From an uncultured Clostridia bacterium (lineage in GTDB: Bacteria > Bacillota > Clostridia > Christensenellales > UBA1242), in NCBI GenBank assembly GCA_937895935.1, contig CALBKX010000024.1, forward strand, positions 72,728 through 136,727: a stretch of DNA of 64,000 nucleotides. The letters are read 5' to 3'. Below the pieces are notes generated by a model. The model saw nothing but the letters and a program-made list of their open reading frames with translations, was not told the DNA's origin and did not search any database. The position numbers and the translations under genes are program-made. Positions 49,227-60,696 of the stretch are shown piece by piece; positions within the stretch are counted from its first letter, which is position 1; every line of letters begins with the position of its first letter.

Positions 49227-51602
49227 TTAACCTTTAAGTTTTAAACCAATTTGCTCCATATGTTCAAGTAATCTCATATTAAAAATGTCAATATCTTTTG
49301 ATGAAAGAGTTCTATCCAAAGCACAAATGTTAAATTTAAAAGTCCAACTAGAATAATTGCCTAATTCCTTATTATTATAGATATCTATTAATTGATAAGA
49401 CCAAATTAATTTGCTTCTAAATGTAGAAAGGTGTTTTTCTATAGTAGCATATTTTGTTCCGCTTGGAACTAAAAAACTATAGTCAATATTTACATCTTGA
49501 AATTTACTTACTTTTTTTATTTTTCTATCTATTGGACTAGAATTGAATAATTCATTTGTATTTATTTCTAAAATTGCAATGTTAAATCTCTTATCAATAG
49601 CTTGTTTTACACTTGGGTGCAAAACACCAAAATAACCAATATTTTTCCCGTTCGCAAATACATTTGTACTATTGATTGGGTGTAAATAATTTGGTAGGCA
49701 AACAATTTCTCCTATTGTAATATTTTTTGAATAAATATTTTCTGATATATCAAAAAGCATTTCTTTTAGTTTAAAGTATAATTTTTCATCAGTTTCTGAT
49801 TGGCTAGCTAAACAAATTGCAAGATGAGATTCTTCTATTGCTAAATTACTTTCATTTAATCCAGTTATACATTTTCCAATTTCAAAAATTTTTATATCAG
49901 AAAAACTATTTTTATTTTCTTCCATAAATTTTAAAAGGGTAGGAGTAATAGAAGATCTTATACCAGATTGTCCTGCATTAGAGTCATCAACGAGGCTAAC
50001 ATACGATTTTTGTTCGATTCCAACTCTATTATTAAAATCTACATAGTTCCAAAGATAAGAATGTACTTCATTCATTCCATATTTTTCTGCTAATAAGTAT
50101 TTTGTTTCATACTCGTTGTTGTGTTCATAATTGATGTCAGTAGATTTAACTTCCATAGTGATAGGTTCTGGCAAAATATTGTCATAACCATAAGATCGTG
50201 CGATTTCTTCAACCAAATCTTCTTTCATTGATATATCTTTTGTTGCTCTAAATGATGGAACTTGAACCTTTAATACATCGTTTTTTGATGTAATGACAAA
50301 ACCAAGTTTTGACAAAATGCTAATAATATCTTGATTTGTAATATTTAATCCTATTCTTTTAGATACAAAATCAGCTGTAATATCTATAGTAATGGTTGGA
50401 TATTTCTTTGTATAAACATCTGTTAATGATGAAGTAACTTTTAAACCTGAGTCAACTTCTTTTAATAGTTTAATAAATCTTGCGATAGCAGTAGTGGTCA
50501 TTTCAGGATCTAAAGATTTTTCATAGCGTTGGCTAGCATCGGTTTTCAAACCAATTTTAGTAGAGGCAATTCTGATAGATTTACTATCAAAGCAAGCACT
50601 TTCAAGTAAAAGACTATTTGTTTTTTCAGTAATGCCAGAAAGCTTACCGCCTTTAATTCCTGCAATTGCAACTGGATTGTTATTTTGATCACATATAATT
50701 GTTGCACCCTCTGGAATATTATGTTCTTCACCTTCTAAAGTCAACAATTTTGTACCTTGTTTAGCTGAGGTTACATTAATGCTATTTACTATGTTTTTAT
50801 CAAAACTATGCATAGGTTGACCTAATTCAAGCATTACATAATTTGATATATCTGTGAGTAAATTAATATCCCTCATTCCACAATACAACAACCTTATTTT
50901 CATTTTTTGATTGCTAATTTGTTTTGTTACATTGCTTACTGCAATTGAGGAATACCTAAAACAGTTTTCAGTATCAACATTTATATTTAATTTTGGTAAA
51001 TTGGAATAAACGCTTAAATCATCTAATGATAAAGGTTTTAATTCTCTGTTAAAAATGGCAGAAAACTCCCTTGCCATTCCATAATGTCCCCATAAGTCTG
51101 GGCGGTTGGTAAGTGATTTATTATCTACTTCAAAAACTATATCGTCAATAGGGAATACTGTTTTTATATCAGCACCAAGTGTGACTGGGAAAGTAATATC
51201 CATAATTCCTGTATTATCAGAACCAATACCTAATTCTTCCTCGCTACAACACATCCCAAAACTATCGACTCCAGCTAAACGTGCCTTTGTCATTTTGTGG
51301 CCACCAACTTTGCTTCCAATTGGAGCAAGACAAACAACCATATTTTCTCTTACATTTGGAGCACCACAAACAATTTGCAAGTTTTCAGTACCTGTGTTTA
51401 CTGATAAAACATGCAAATGGTCACTATTTGGATGGTTTTCAACTTTTTCTATGCGTGCAAAAATAATGCCGGCAGTATCTTTTCCTTTATATTCATACTT
51501 TTCAATTTCTGCTGTTGTAAGATTAAATTTTCTCATTAATTCTTCTGGTTCAATACCATCTAAATTAACATAATCTTTAATCCAATTCATTGAAATATAC
51601 AT
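49227..51602 (-). CDS. pheT: Phenylalanyl-tRNA synthetase beta subunit
   Basis: tRNA-binding OB domain at the N-terminus, B3/4, B5 and FDX-ACB domains; adjacent to pheS. Confidence 0.95.
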   Translation of the reverse strand: MYISMNWIKDYVNLDGIEPEELMRKFNLTTAEIEKYEYKGKDTAGIIFARIEKVENHPNSDHLHVLSVNTGTENLQIVCGAPNVRENMVVCLAPIGSKVGGHKMTKARLAGVDSFGMCCSEEELGIGSDNTGIMDITFPVTLGADIKTVFPIDDIVFEVDNKSLTNRPDLWGHYGMAREFSAIFNRELKPLSLDDLSVYSNLPKLNINVDTENCFRYSSIAVSNVTKQISNQKMKIRLLYCGMRDINLLTDISNYVMLELGQPMHSFDKNIVNSINVTSAKQGTKLLTLEGEEHNIPEGATIICDQNNNPVAIAGIKGGKLSGITEKTNSLLLESACFDSKSIRIASTKIGLKTDASQRYEKSLDPEMTTTAIARFIKLLKEVDSGLKVTSSLTDVYTKKYPTITIDITADFVSKRIGLNITNQDIISILSKLGFVITSKNDVLKVQVPSFRATKDISMKEDLVEEIARSYGYDNILPEPITMEVKSTDINYEHNNEYETKYLLAEKYGMNEVHSYLWNYVDFNNRVGIEQKSYVSLVDDSNAGQSGIRSSITPTLLKFMEENKNSFSDIKIFEIGKCITGLNESNLAIEESHLAICLASQSETDEKLYFKLKEMLFDISENIYSKNITIGEIVCLPNYLHPINSTNVFANGKNIGYFGVLHPSVKQAIDKRFNIAILEINTNELFNSSPIDRKIKKVSKFQDVNIDYSFLVPSGTKYATIEKHLSTFRSKLIWSYQLIDIYNNKELGNYSSWTFKFNICALDRTLSSKDIDIFNMRLLEHMEQIGLKLKG

Positions 51603-51612
51603 TTTTTCCTCC

Positions 51613-52641
51613 TTATGCTTTTACACCAAACTGGCTTAATACTTTTAAATTTCCGCTATTTAAATAACGAATATCATCCAAGCCTGTTTTTAGCATTACT
51701 AATCTATCAAACCCTAAACCAAATGCAAAACCGCTATATACATTTGGATCTAGACCTGCAAGACGGAATACATTTGGATGAATCATTCCACATGGGCATA
51801 ATTCAAGCCATCCTGAATTTTTACAAGTAGGGCAGCCTTTGCCTTTGCAAAAAGTACAGGTTGCATCCATTTCAAACCCCGGTTCAACAAAAGGGAAAAA
51901 ACCAGGGCGTAAGCGAATATTAATATCAGTTTTAAAAACTTCTGAAAGCATTTTTTTCATAAAATAAATCAAATTTGCAACAGAAACATTATGATCTACA
52001 AGCATACCTTCTATTTGAAAAAAAGTATTTTCGTGGCTATGGTCTAATGCCTCATTTCTAAAGCATCTTCCAGGAAAAATTGCTTTTAAAGTGCCATTGT
52101 ATTTCCTTAAAATTCTATTTTGAGCAGCAGATGTTTGAGTTTTTAATAATTGTCCATTATCCAACCAAAAAGTATCTTGCATATCACGAGCGGGATGACT
52201 TTTAGGAACATTTACCGCATCAAAATTATTGAATTCGGTTTCCACCTCATAGCCATCCTCAATAGAAAATCCCATAGATACAAAAACGTCTTCAATTTCT
52301 TTTTGCAATGTTGTTCGAGGGTGGAGTGAACCAGTTGATGATTTAACTGGTAGTGTAATATCTATTGGCTTCTCGTTTGCTATTTTTCGTTGAATAATCT
52401 CATTTTCAAGTTTTTCTTTTAATGATGATAATGAGTTTTCTATTTTAGATTTAATCAAATTAATTTTTTGTCCAAATTCTTTGCGTTTTTCTACTGCAAT
52501 CTCTCTAATTTTGGACATTGAATTTGTAATTTTGCCTTTTTTCCCAAGAAAAGCAATCCTAACATCTTCCAACTTTTTTTCATCTTTAATTTCTAAAAGT
52601 TGTGAATCGAACTCTTTTTCAATCTCATTTAATTCGTCCAT
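51613..52641 (-). CDS. pheS: Phenylalanyl-tRNA synthetase alpha subunit
   Basis: Class II motifs (FPGRCFRNE, GFAFGLGFDRL) and a coiled-coil N-terminus. Confidence 0.96.
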   Translation of the reverse strand: MDELNEIEKEFDSQLLEIKDEKKLEDVRIAFLGKKGKITNSMSKIREIAVEKRKEFGQKINLIKSKIENSLSSLKEKLENEIIQRKIANEKPIDITLPVKSSTGSLHPRTTLQKEIEDVFVSMGFSIEDGYEVETEFNNFDAVNVPKSHPARDMQDTFWLDNGQLLKTQTSAAQNRILRKYNGTLKAIFPGRCFRNEALDHSHENTFFQIEGMLVDHNVSVANLIYFMKKMLSEVFKTDINIRLRPGFFPFVEPGFEMDATCTFCKGKGCPTCKNSGWLELCPCGMIHPNVFRLAGLDPNVYSGFAFGLGFDRLVMLKTGLDDIRYLNSGNLKVLSQFGVKA

Positions 52642-52671
52642 TTTTAACTCCTTTATTTTTGTAGGTTTAAC

Positions 52672-52875
52672 AAAAAAAACCTATTAGTTTTACACTAATA
52701 GGGCATATTACTGCTGTACCACCTATTTTCGTCTTTTTTTAAAGACCTCATTTCTTTTTACGGTTTAGTCCGGCTTTTCTTTTTACCAAAAAGCAACTCC
52801 AATGCTGAAATTCGTTTTTAGCTGAACTATAAGTGGCTCTCAGTCAATGGCACACTCTTCCTGTTTAGAAACTAA
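52672..52875 (-). promoter_or_regulatory. T-box leader RNA, phenylalanine specifier, with intrinsic terminator
   Basis: On the minus strand: GAAGAGTG and TGAGAG stem I elements. Specifier context CGAATTTCAG (UUC at 52809-52807, or UUU one nt upstream; both code for Phe). Stem III GTCTTTAAAAAAAGAC. T-box AGGTGGTACAGCAG (GGTGGTACAGCAG at 52723-52711). Terminator CCCTATTAG/CTAATAGG + T8 (52703-52672). Confidence 0.85.
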
Positions 52876-53072
52876 TTACTACTGGACACATCTTCATAGT
52901 TTTTATTAAATTCGAAAATTTTAAATTAAATACAAATGATGCATATAGTTTAATATTTTCTACATTCCAAATTAACACTATATAAGATTTTTGTCAAACA
53001 AAAATACAAAACTTTATTGTAAGTTATTACACTTTATTGACTTTTGTATTATAAAGTGCTAATTTTAAAAGT

Positions 53073-54194
53073 ATGATTTATTTAGATAATTCAGCTACCA
53101 CACCATTAGATAGTGAAGCAAGTAAAGAGTTAATTAACTATTCTTGCTTAAATTTTTTTAATCCATCCGCTATTTATGGAAAAGCATTGGATGTTAAAAA
53201 AGATATTGAGTCCGCAAAACAAACAATAGCAAAGTCCTTAGGTGCAAGTTTTAACGACAATATCATTTTCACGGCAAGTGCAACAGAAGCAAACAATATG
53301 GCAATTATGGGTGCTTACAGAAAAAATTTTGGAAAAATGCTTTTTACGATGGGAGAACATCCTTCTGTTTATAATGTAGCATTAAATTTAAAAAACCTTG
53401 GTGTTTGTGTTGAATTTATTAATTTGCAACCAAATGGCGAAGTAGATTATAATGATTTAGAAAGTAAAATGTCAGAAAATGTTTCTTTTATTTCTGTAAT
53501 GCTTTGTAGTAACGAAACTGGCGCTATAAATGATTTAAAAAGAATTTATGAACTTAAAAGCAAATATTGCCCAAATGCAATTTTTCACAGTGATGGCGTC
53601 CAAGGTTACGGAAAAATAAAAGTAAATGTAGATTATTTTGGAGTTGATTTGTTTACTATTAGTGGCCATAAAATATTTGGACCAAAAGGAATTGGTGCTT
53701 TATATGTTAAAGATAAAACCAAACTAAATCCCATAATTTATGGGGGCGGACAGGAATATGCACTACGTTCTGGAACTGAAAACGTTGCGTCAATTATGGC
53801 TTTAAAAAAGGCTGTTGAAAATTTTGGTAATCTAAATGAAAACTACTCGCATGTACAACAATGCTTTAACGCGTTTTTAGATAATATTGATAAGAACAAT
53901 GTAAAAATTAATTCTTTTGGTAGTCCTTACGTTCTATCCTTGAGTTTTCTAGGTGTAAATGGTGAAACGCTTGTGCATATGATGGAAAGTAAAAATGTTT
54001 ATATTTCAAGAGGAAGTGCTTGTTCATCAAAAAAGGCGGGCAACAGAATTTTGGAAAATATGGGTCTAACGCCTGAGGAGATTTTAGGGAGCGTTAGGAT
54101 TAGTTTTAGTAAAAATACAACACTGGAAGAAGCTATATCTGCGGGGAATATATTAAACAATTGTTACAAAGAATTAAAGGAAAAATTAAAATGA
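53073..54194 (+). CDS. Cysteine desulfurase (NifS/IscS class V aminotransferase)
   Basis: MIYLDNSATTP N-terminus, PLP-lysine SGHKIFGPKG, active-site SRGSACSS loop; paired with thiI. Confidence 0.9.
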   Translation: MIYLDNSATTPLDSEASKELINYSCLNFFNPSAIYGKALDVKKDIESAKQTIAKSLGASFNDNIIFTASATEANNMAIMGAYRKNFGKMLFTMGEHPSVYNVALNLKNLGVCVEFINLQPNGEVDYNDLESKMSENVSFISVMLCSNETGAINDLKRIYELKSKYCPNAIFHSDGVQGYGKIKVNVDYFGVDLFTISGHKIFGPKGIGALYVKDKTKLNPIIYGGGQEYALRSGTENVASIMALKKAVENFGNLNENYSHVQQCFNAFLDNIDKNNVKINSFGSPYVLSLSFLGVNGETLVHMMESKNVYISRGSACSSKKAGNRILENMGLTPEEILGSVRISFSKNTTLEEAISAGNILNNCYKELKEKLK

Positions 54195-55345
54195 AAAAAG
54201 TTATATTACTTAGATTTGGAGAAATTTATTTAAAAGGTAAAAATAAATCTTATTTTGAAAGAGTGCTTTTAAATAACATAAAAAACAAAGTAAAAGAATA
54301 CGGTTGTGATGTTGTTAAAATTTCAGGAAGATATTTAGTTGCCAATTTTGATGATATGGATTTAAATTCAATTATTAACAATCTTACTAAAATATTTGGT
54401 TTAACATCACTAAGTATTGCAACAGAATTTGATACATCAAAGGAATTATTAGAAAAATTTTTAGCAAATTATAAAACTGACGCTAAAACTTTTAGAGTTA
54501 CAGTTAAAAGAGCAGACAAAACATTTTCTATTGCTTCAAACGAGTATGAAAAAATATTAGGTGGAATAGTATTAGACGCTAATCCAAATTTAAAAGTATG
54601 TTTAAAAAACCCCGAGTTAGAATTAGTTGTTGAAATTAGAGAAAATAAAAAAACATATATTTTAACAAAAAGTATTCCTTGCTGTGGTGGAATGCCAGTT
54701 GGAACTTCTGGAAAAGGTTTGATTTTGTTGAGTGGGGGAATAGATAGTCCTGTTGCAGGATATATGATGTCAAAACGAGGACTTGAACTCGTTGGTTTAC
54801 ATTTTCATAGTTTTCCTTACACAAGTGCCCAAGCAAAAGAAAAAGTATGTAAACTTGCAAAAATATTAACTGATTATACTGGTCATTTTAAATTAATATG
54901 TTGTCCTTTTACAGAAATTCAAGAAGAAATTCATAAACATTGCGCACCTGAATTTATGATAACAATTATGCGCAGAATAATGATGCGAATTGCAAAAATT
55001 TGTTGTGATAAATTTGGAGCAAAGGCAATTATAACTGGTGAAAGTTTAGCACAAGTAGCTAGCCAAACTATTGAGAGTATAAATGTAACAAATGATGCAC
55101 AAACCACTTATCCTGTTTTTAGACCTTGCATAGGAATGGATAAAATGGAAATTATTGAGATTTCAAAAAAAATTGGAACTTACGATACAAGTATTTTACC
55201 ATACGAAGATTGCTGTACAGTATTTCTTCCTAAAAACCCCGTTATTAAACCTCATTTAGATAAAGCAAAAAGGGAAGAAAACAAACTGGATATTGAAAAG
55301 TTAATCAATAAAGCAATTGAAAATTTAGAAATTATAGAAATTTAA
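54191..55345 (+). CDS. thiI: tRNA 4-thiouridine synthase ThiI
   Basis: MKKVILLRFGEIYLKGKN, THUMP domain, PP-loop LLSGGIDSPV. Overlaps the desulfurase stop. Confidence 0.92.
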   Translation: MKKVILLRFGEIYLKGKNKSYFERVLLNNIKNKVKEYGCDVVKISGRYLVANFDDMDLNSIINNLTKIFGLTSLSIATEFDTSKELLEKFLANYKTDAKTFRVTVKRADKTFSIASNEYEKILGGIVLDANPNLKVCLKNPELELVVEIRENKKTYILTKSIPCCGGMPVGTSGKGLILLSGGIDSPVAGYMMSKRGLELVGLHFHSFPYTSAQAKEKVCKLAKILTDYTGHFKLICCPFTEIQEEIHKHCAPEFMITIMRRIMMRIAKICCDKFGAKAIITGESLAQVASQTIESINVTNDAQTTYPVFRPCIGMDKMEIIEISKKIGTYDTSILPYEDCCTVFLPKNPVIKPHLDKAKREENKLDIEKLINKAIENLEIIEI

Positions 55346-55563
55346 CGTTGATAATTAACCTTTTTCAAATTTTAATAATGACAATTGTTTGATTTTTCTT
55401 TTATTATTTAAGGTGACAATATGTGACCTTATTTTTTTTGTGGATTAGTTAAATTAGTTGACTAAAAATTTTATAAGTTATAAACTATATTTGCATAGAT
55501 TAAAATGCAAAATGAAAAGAACAATTCTCCTTGTCAACTTAAAATATAAAAAGGGGAATAAAA

Positions 55564-57147
55564 ATGTACATTGAATTAATGTGTGCTAGTGTAACTACAT
55601 TAGTTCTAGTTTCTATCGGAACATTAATTATTGGCTTAGTTGTTGGATATTGGTTATTTAATTTTTTTGTATCAAAAAAAGTTAGCAAAAATAAAGCAGC
55701 AGCTTTAAAAATAATAGAAGATGCTTATGCGGAAGCTAAAACTATAAAAAAAGAAGCAACACTAGAAGCAAAAGAAGAAGTTCAAAAACTTAAAGATGAA
55801 GCAATGGAAGAAATCAACTTTAAGAGAAACGAACTAAAAAAATCTGAAGATAGAATTTCTCAAAAAGAAGATTTTATCGATAAAAAAGACTTATATCTTG
55901 ATAAAAAACAACAGGAATTGGACGAAAAATCAAAACGTATTGATGATAAAAGTTTAGCACTTTCAGATGAATTAGAAAAACAAGCAAAAATTAAAGAAGA
56001 AATGCTTTCTGAATTAGAAAAAATTTCCTTTATGACAAAAGATGAGGCTAAACAAGTTTTAGTCAATTCAATGACGGAAGATGCAAGAAAAGACGCTGCC
56101 AAAATGGTTAAACAAATTGAGGAAGATGCAAGAGAAAATGCAAGAAAAGAGGCTCAAAATATTGTTAGTTTAGCCATACAAAAATGTGCTACTGATATGG
56201 TAGCCGAAGCCACTATATCAAGTGTGTCAATTCCAAATGAAGAAATGAAGGGAAGAATCATAGGTCGTGAGGGCCGTAACATAAGAGCAATTGAAAGTGC
56301 TACAGGTGTTGATTTGATTGTTGATGATACACCAGAAACTATTACTATCTCTTGTTTTGACCCTATTAGAAGAGAAATTGCGAGATTATCTCTTGAAAAA
56401 CTTATTATGGATGGTAGAATACATCCTACGCGAATTGAAGAAATTGTAGATAAAGTAAAACGTGACATTGACATTCAAATAAAAGAAGCTGGAGAGCAAG
56501 CAGTAAATGAAGCTGGCGTATATGGATTGCATCCAGAATTGGTAAAGACTTTAGGCAGACTTAAATTCAGAACCAGTTATGGTCAAAACGTTTTAAAACA
56601 TAGTTTAGAAACCTGTTATATTGCAGGATTGCTTGCCGCTGAAGTTGGAGCGGATATAAAAATTGCAAAACGTGGTGGTCTTTTACATGATATAGGGAAA
56701 GCACTTGACCAAGAAGTTGAAGGGACTCACGTTCAAATTGGTGTTGACTTGGCTAAAAAGTACAAGGAAAGCCCAGCGGTGATACACTGCATTGAAGCTC
56801 ATCACTTTAATGTTGAATTCCAAAGTATTGAAGCAATTTTGGTTCAAGTTGCTGATGCTATTTCAAGTGCTAGACCAGGTGCAAGAAGAGAAACTTTGGA
56901 AACATATGTAAAACGCCTTGAACAACTTGAAAGTATAGCTAACGAGTTTAAAGGTGTTGAAAAATCATTTGCCGTTCAAGCAGGTAGAGAAGTCAGAATT
57001 ATTGTTAAACCAGAACAAATATCTGATGAAGATGCTATGTTTATGGCAAAAGATATAGCTAAAAAAATTGAAGACCAAATGGAATATCCAGGACAAATCA
57101 AAGTAAATGTTATAAGAGAATCTAGATTTACTGAAACAGCAAAATAA
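55564..57147 (+). CDS. rny: Ribonuclease Y
   Basis: N-terminal TM helix, coiled coil, KH domain ([15 protein letters not shown]), HD domain (LLHDIGKA). Confidence 0.96.
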   Translation: MYIELMCASVTTLVLVSIGTLIIGLVVGYWLFNFFVSKKVSKNKAAALKIIEDAYAEAKTIKKEATLEAKEEVQKLKDEAMEEINFKRNELKKSEDRISQKEDFIDKKDLYLDKKQQELDEKSKRIDDKSLALSDELEKQAKIKEEMLSELEKISFMTKDEAKQVLVNSMTEDARKDAAKMVKQIEEDARENARKEAQNIVSLAIQKCATDMVAEATISSVSIPNEEMKGRIIGREGRNIRAIESATGVDLIVDDTPETITISCFDPIRREIARLSLEKLIMDGRIHPTRIEEIVDKVKRDIDIQIKEAGEQAVNEAGVYGLHPELVKTLGRLKFRTSYGQNVLKHSLETCYIAGLLAAEVGADIKIAKRGGLLHDIGKALDQEVEGTHVQIGVDLAKKYKESPAVIHCIEAHHFNVEFQSIEAILVQVADAISSARPGARRETLETYVKRLEQLESIANEFKGVEKSFAVQAGREVRIIVKPEQISDEDAMFMAKDIAKKIEDQMEYPGQIKVNVIRESRFTETAK

Positions 57148-57400
57148 ATTAATATTAATTATTGTTTTTCAAATTAATCAAGGTTAATACAAACCCAAAA
57201 TGAAAGAAAGTTTTAGGTGAATATTTGCCTTGATTTTTTTGTAATTTATATAAAAATTTTTGTTTTTATTAACATAATTAAAGTAATTTTCATAGTTATT
57301 TAAATGCTAAAATTTACTTGTAATATTTTTCGTAAAATAACCAACTATACAAAGGCTTATTATTTAACAAGCATAATACGTATTTTTGTAATTTTTTAAC

Positions 57401-57428
57401 TTGACATTATTTATAATAATGTTATACT
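57401..57428 (+). promoter_or_regulatory. Sigma-A promoter for the antiporter-mgtC pair
   Basis: TTGACA (57401-57406), 16 nt, TATACT (57423-57428). Confidence 0.5.
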
Positions 57429-57453
57429 TAAATACACAAAAAAGGAGAATGTT

Positions 57454-58917
57454 GTGACAAGTTTTGTTGATAAGTTAAGCGCCACATCGCCAGTTACACA
57501 AATAATTGTTTCTGTTTCAATTATAATGGCTGTAGGTTTTTTTATGACAAGATTAACAAAACTTGCAAAATTACCTAATGTTACTGGTTACATAATCGCT
57601 GGTATTTTAATAGGTCCTTATTGTTTAAACTTAATTCCTTCGCACGTGATTGAGGGGTTAGACTTTATCTCCGATATAGCTCTTGCTTTTATTGCTTTTA
57701 GTGTTGGTGAATTTTTTAAATTTTCCAGTTTAAAGAAAAGTGGTTTTAAAATTATTATATTAACCTTTTTTGAAGCAATTATGGCTTCGATTGTAGTTTT
57801 TATTGTAATGTATTTTGTACTAAATTTAAATTTGGCTTTTTCAATCGTCTTAGCAGCACTAGCTTCTGCAACTGCACCCGCTTCAACAATTATGACAATA
57901 AGACAAACAAAAGCAAAAGGTGAGTTTGTTGACACCCTATTGCAAGTTGTTGCACTTGATGACGTTGTTAGTTTAATTGCATATAGTGTTGCCATATCAA
58001 TCGCACTAGTTTCTTTAAGTGGTGGTGTTGCAAGTGGATTCAGTTTTGAAATTGTTATTTTACCTATACTAAAAAACCTAGCAACATTGGTTGTTGGAGC
58101 AATTTTAGGTTATGTTTTAAAATTATTAATGCAAATAAAATATGGCTCTGATAATAGACTTATTATCGTGTTAAGTATTTTATTATTGTTCTGCGGATTT
58201 AGTTCTTTATTGGATGTTTCCCCACTGCTTGGTTGTATGGTTATTGGAACAGTCTATATTAATTTAACAAATGATGAAAAATTATTTTTACAAGTTAATT
58301 ACTTTAGTCCTCCAATTTTACTTTTGTTTTTTGTTAAATCAGGTTTAAGTTTTAATTTATCTGCATTATTCTCTAATTCAAGCATATTTGGGAATTTGCC
58401 ATTATGGTCAATTGGTATAATATACTTTCTTGTAAGGATTTTAGGTAAATATTTAGGTGCATATTTAGGATGTTTGACAATTAAAAAACCTAAAGAAATT
58501 CGTAACTATTTAGGTCTTGCATTAATTCCTCAAGCCGGAGTGGCAATTGGACTTGCAACATTAGGTGCTAGGTCTTTAGGGGGAAATATTGGTGATGCAC
58601 TGCAGACAATTATACTCGCATCTTGCGTTTTATATGAGTTGGTCGGTCCAGTGTGTGCAAAATTGTCTTTGTATCTTTCAAAATCGTATTCGACCAAAAT
58701 TGAAGATGTAGTGCCGTTAGAAAACAGTATAGCAGAAGAAAAGCCAAAGTCAGAAGTAGAATTACTTATTGAAAGAATACATAAGATTGAACAACAAAAT
58801 AATGAGGAAAGTCCGATTTCTAAAGAAGAACAAGCATTTAACGAGGCGAGTGAAGAAGCGTTAGAAGCGTTGTATAGTGATATAATAAAAAGAAAAAATA
58901 GAAGAAATAGATTTTAA
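57454..58917 (+). CDS. Cation:proton antiporter (CPA family Na+/H+ exchanger type)
   Basis: About 12 TM helices typical of Sodium/hydrogen exchanger family proteins. GTG start preceded by AAAGGAGAA. Confidence 0.8.
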   Translation: MTSFVDKLSATSPVTQIIVSVSIIMAVGFFMTRLTKLAKLPNVTGYIIAGILIGPYCLNLIPSHVIEGLDFISDIALAFIAFSVGEFFKFSSLKKSGFKIIILTFFEAIMASIVVFIVMYFVLNLNLAFSIVLAALASATAPASTIMTIRQTKAKGEFVDTLLQVVALDDVVSLIAYSVAISIALVSLSGGVASGFSFEIVILPILKNLATLVVGAILGYVLKLLMQIKYGSDNRLIIVLSILLLFCGFSSLLDVSPLLGCMVIGTVYINLTNDEKLFLQVNYFSPPILLLFFVKSGLSFNLSALFSNSSIFGNLPLWSIGIIYFLVRILGKYLGAYLGCLTIKKPKEIRNYLGLALIPQAGVAIGLATLGARSLGGNIGDALQTIILASCVLYELVGPVCAKLSLYLSKSYSTKIEDVVPLENSIAEEKPKSEVELLIERIHKIEQQNNEESPISKEEQAFNEASEEALEALYSDIIKRKNRRNRF

Positions 58918-58928
58918 AGGAGAAAATT

Positions 58929-59645
58929 ATGATAGATCCAATTGCAAAAATTTTAGGAGAGTGGTCTTCAAATATTACAGTAGGAGCAATTTGCTTAAGA
59001 ATTGCTTTATCAATTATCTTATCTGCAATTTTAGGCTGTGAAAGAGCTAGTAAAAGGCATTCGGCAGGACTTAGGACTTTTATGGTCGTTTCGCTAGCAT
59101 CGACTCTTGCTGGAATGCTTGATATATTTTTAATAGAATCATATGCTGTTACTGTTTCTCTTGTTTCAGCTGGCGTTGTAATTGCTGTAGCTTCACTTAG
59201 CAATAATTCAGTATTGTTCACTTCAAAAAACCAAATTAAAGGTTTAACAACATCAATAAGCCTTTGGGCTTGTGGCATAATAGGCTTATGCTTAGGAATT
59301 GGATTTTACACAATAGCAATTATAGGGTTTGTTGTTTTATTATGTAGTCTATCTTTATTTCCAAAAATTGAATTATTTTTAAAGAATCGCTCAAATCATT
59401 TTGAAATTCATTTAGAATTAGACAATAAAAATAACTTGCCAAGATTTATGACAACTATTAGGGAATTAGGTTTAAGAATTGATGATATAGAATTAAATCC
59501 TGCATATCTTAATTCTGGACTTAGTGTATATACAATTTCTTTAACTGTGCAAAGCCCAGAGTTAAAAAAATACAAAACTCATACTGAAATAATTGCAGCT
59601 ATTAATTCTTTAGATTATGTAAAACATATTGAAGAACTAAGATAA
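58929..59645 (+). CDS. MgtC/SapB-family membrane protein
   Basis: N-terminal motif LRIALSIILSAILGCERASKRHSAGLRTF plus a soluble C-terminal domain. Confidence 0.85.
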   Translation: MIDPIAKILGEWSSNITVGAICLRIALSIILSAILGCERASKRHSAGLRTFMVVSLASTLAGMLDIFLIESYAVTVSLVSAGVVIAVASLSNNSVLFTSKNQIKGLTTSISLWACGIIGLCLGIGFYTIAIIGFVVLLCSLSLFPKIELFLKNRSNHFEIHLELDNKNNLPRFMTTIRELGLRIDDIELNPAYLNSGLSVYTISLTVQSPELKKYKTHTEIIAAINSLDYVKHIEELR

Positions 59646-59885
59646 AGCAAGATGTAAAATTTGTTTTTTTTGTTTTCATTTTACACTTTAGCGATAGTTC
59701 ATTAGTTTACAAAACATTGATTTTATTTGATTTATTAAAGCATATCATTTAACTTTTTAGGGGACAAAATTGTCCTAAATAGAAATCTACTATGTATATG
59801 TTTTTTAACATTTAAACTATTCACAAAATAAGAGCAAAACTTCTAGGTAAAATCCGCTTAAAGCGAATATTTGATAATTATAAAA

Positions 59886-59917
59886 GGCAAAATTGGTAAT
59901 TATTTACCAATTTTGCC
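59886..59917. terminator. Strong hairpin downstream of sigF (terminator candidate)
   Basis: GGCAAAATTGGTAA pairs with TTACCAATTTTGCC around a 4-nt loop; flanked by short A/T runs. Confidence 0.6.
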
Positions 59918-59967
59918 TTTTAAACATCAAAACTATTTTTTACAATATCATTTTTACATTCATAATT

Positions 59968-60696
59968 CTATTCGTTTGAAATTAATGATTGACGCATTTT
60001 ATCTATGATTTTATTTTCTAGTCTGCTAACTTGTACCTGTGAAACCCCCAAAATTTTAGCGATTTCACTTTGAGTTTTATCCCTAAAGAAACGTAAGACA
60101 ATAATCTGTTTATCTCTTTCATTTAAGTTTTTTAAAACTTCTTTTAAAACCAAATTATCAACCATATCGTCACTTGCGTCAGCAGTATATTTATCTAATA
60201 AAAAATTGCTTTTATTATCTTCATCTTCAGCTGGTGTATATATAGAAACTGGCATTTTGGCTGAATCCATTGTAAATATTACTTCTGAAATATCCATATT
60301 AAATTCTTTTGCAATTTCTTCATAAGTTGGATTTCTATATTCTTTTTTAATAAATTCATCAATAAATTTACTTATTTTCATATTTTGTGTTTTAATTGCT
60401 CTTGAAACTTTTATCGCTCCATCATCCCGCATAAAACGTTTAATTTCACCTATAACCATTGGCACAACATATGTTGAAAATTTTGTATCAAAACTTTCAT
60501 CATAGTTATATATAGCTTTTATAAATCCTAAAGATCCTAATTGAAATAAATCATCATATTCTATGCCTTTATTTAAATACCTTTTTATTAAACTTTTGAT
60601 AAGAGGAGAGTTGGCTTTTACTAATTCTTCTTTTGCATCGTTATCACCATCTTTTGCACGCCTAATTAATAAAGTTGTTTCCTCTTTTGATAGCAT
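59968..60696 (-). CDS. sigF: Sporulation sigma factor SigF
   Basis: Sigma-70 regions 2-4 (DLFQLGSLGFIKAIYNYD; QSEIAKILGVSQVQVSRLE). Last gene of a spoIIAA-spoIIAB-sigma operon. Confidence 0.92.
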   Translation of the reverse strand: MLSKEETTLLIRRAKDGDNDAKEELVKANSPLIKSLIKRYLNKGIEYDDLFQLGSLGFIKAIYNYDESFDTKFSTYVVPMVIGEIKRFMRDDGAIKVSRAIKTQNMKISKFIDEFIKKEYRNPTYEEIAKEFNMDISEVIFTMDSAKMPVSIYTPAEDEDNKSNFLLDKYTADASDDMVDNLVLKEVLKNLNERDKQIIVLRFFRDKTQSEIAKILGVSQVQVSRLENKIIDKMRQSLISNE

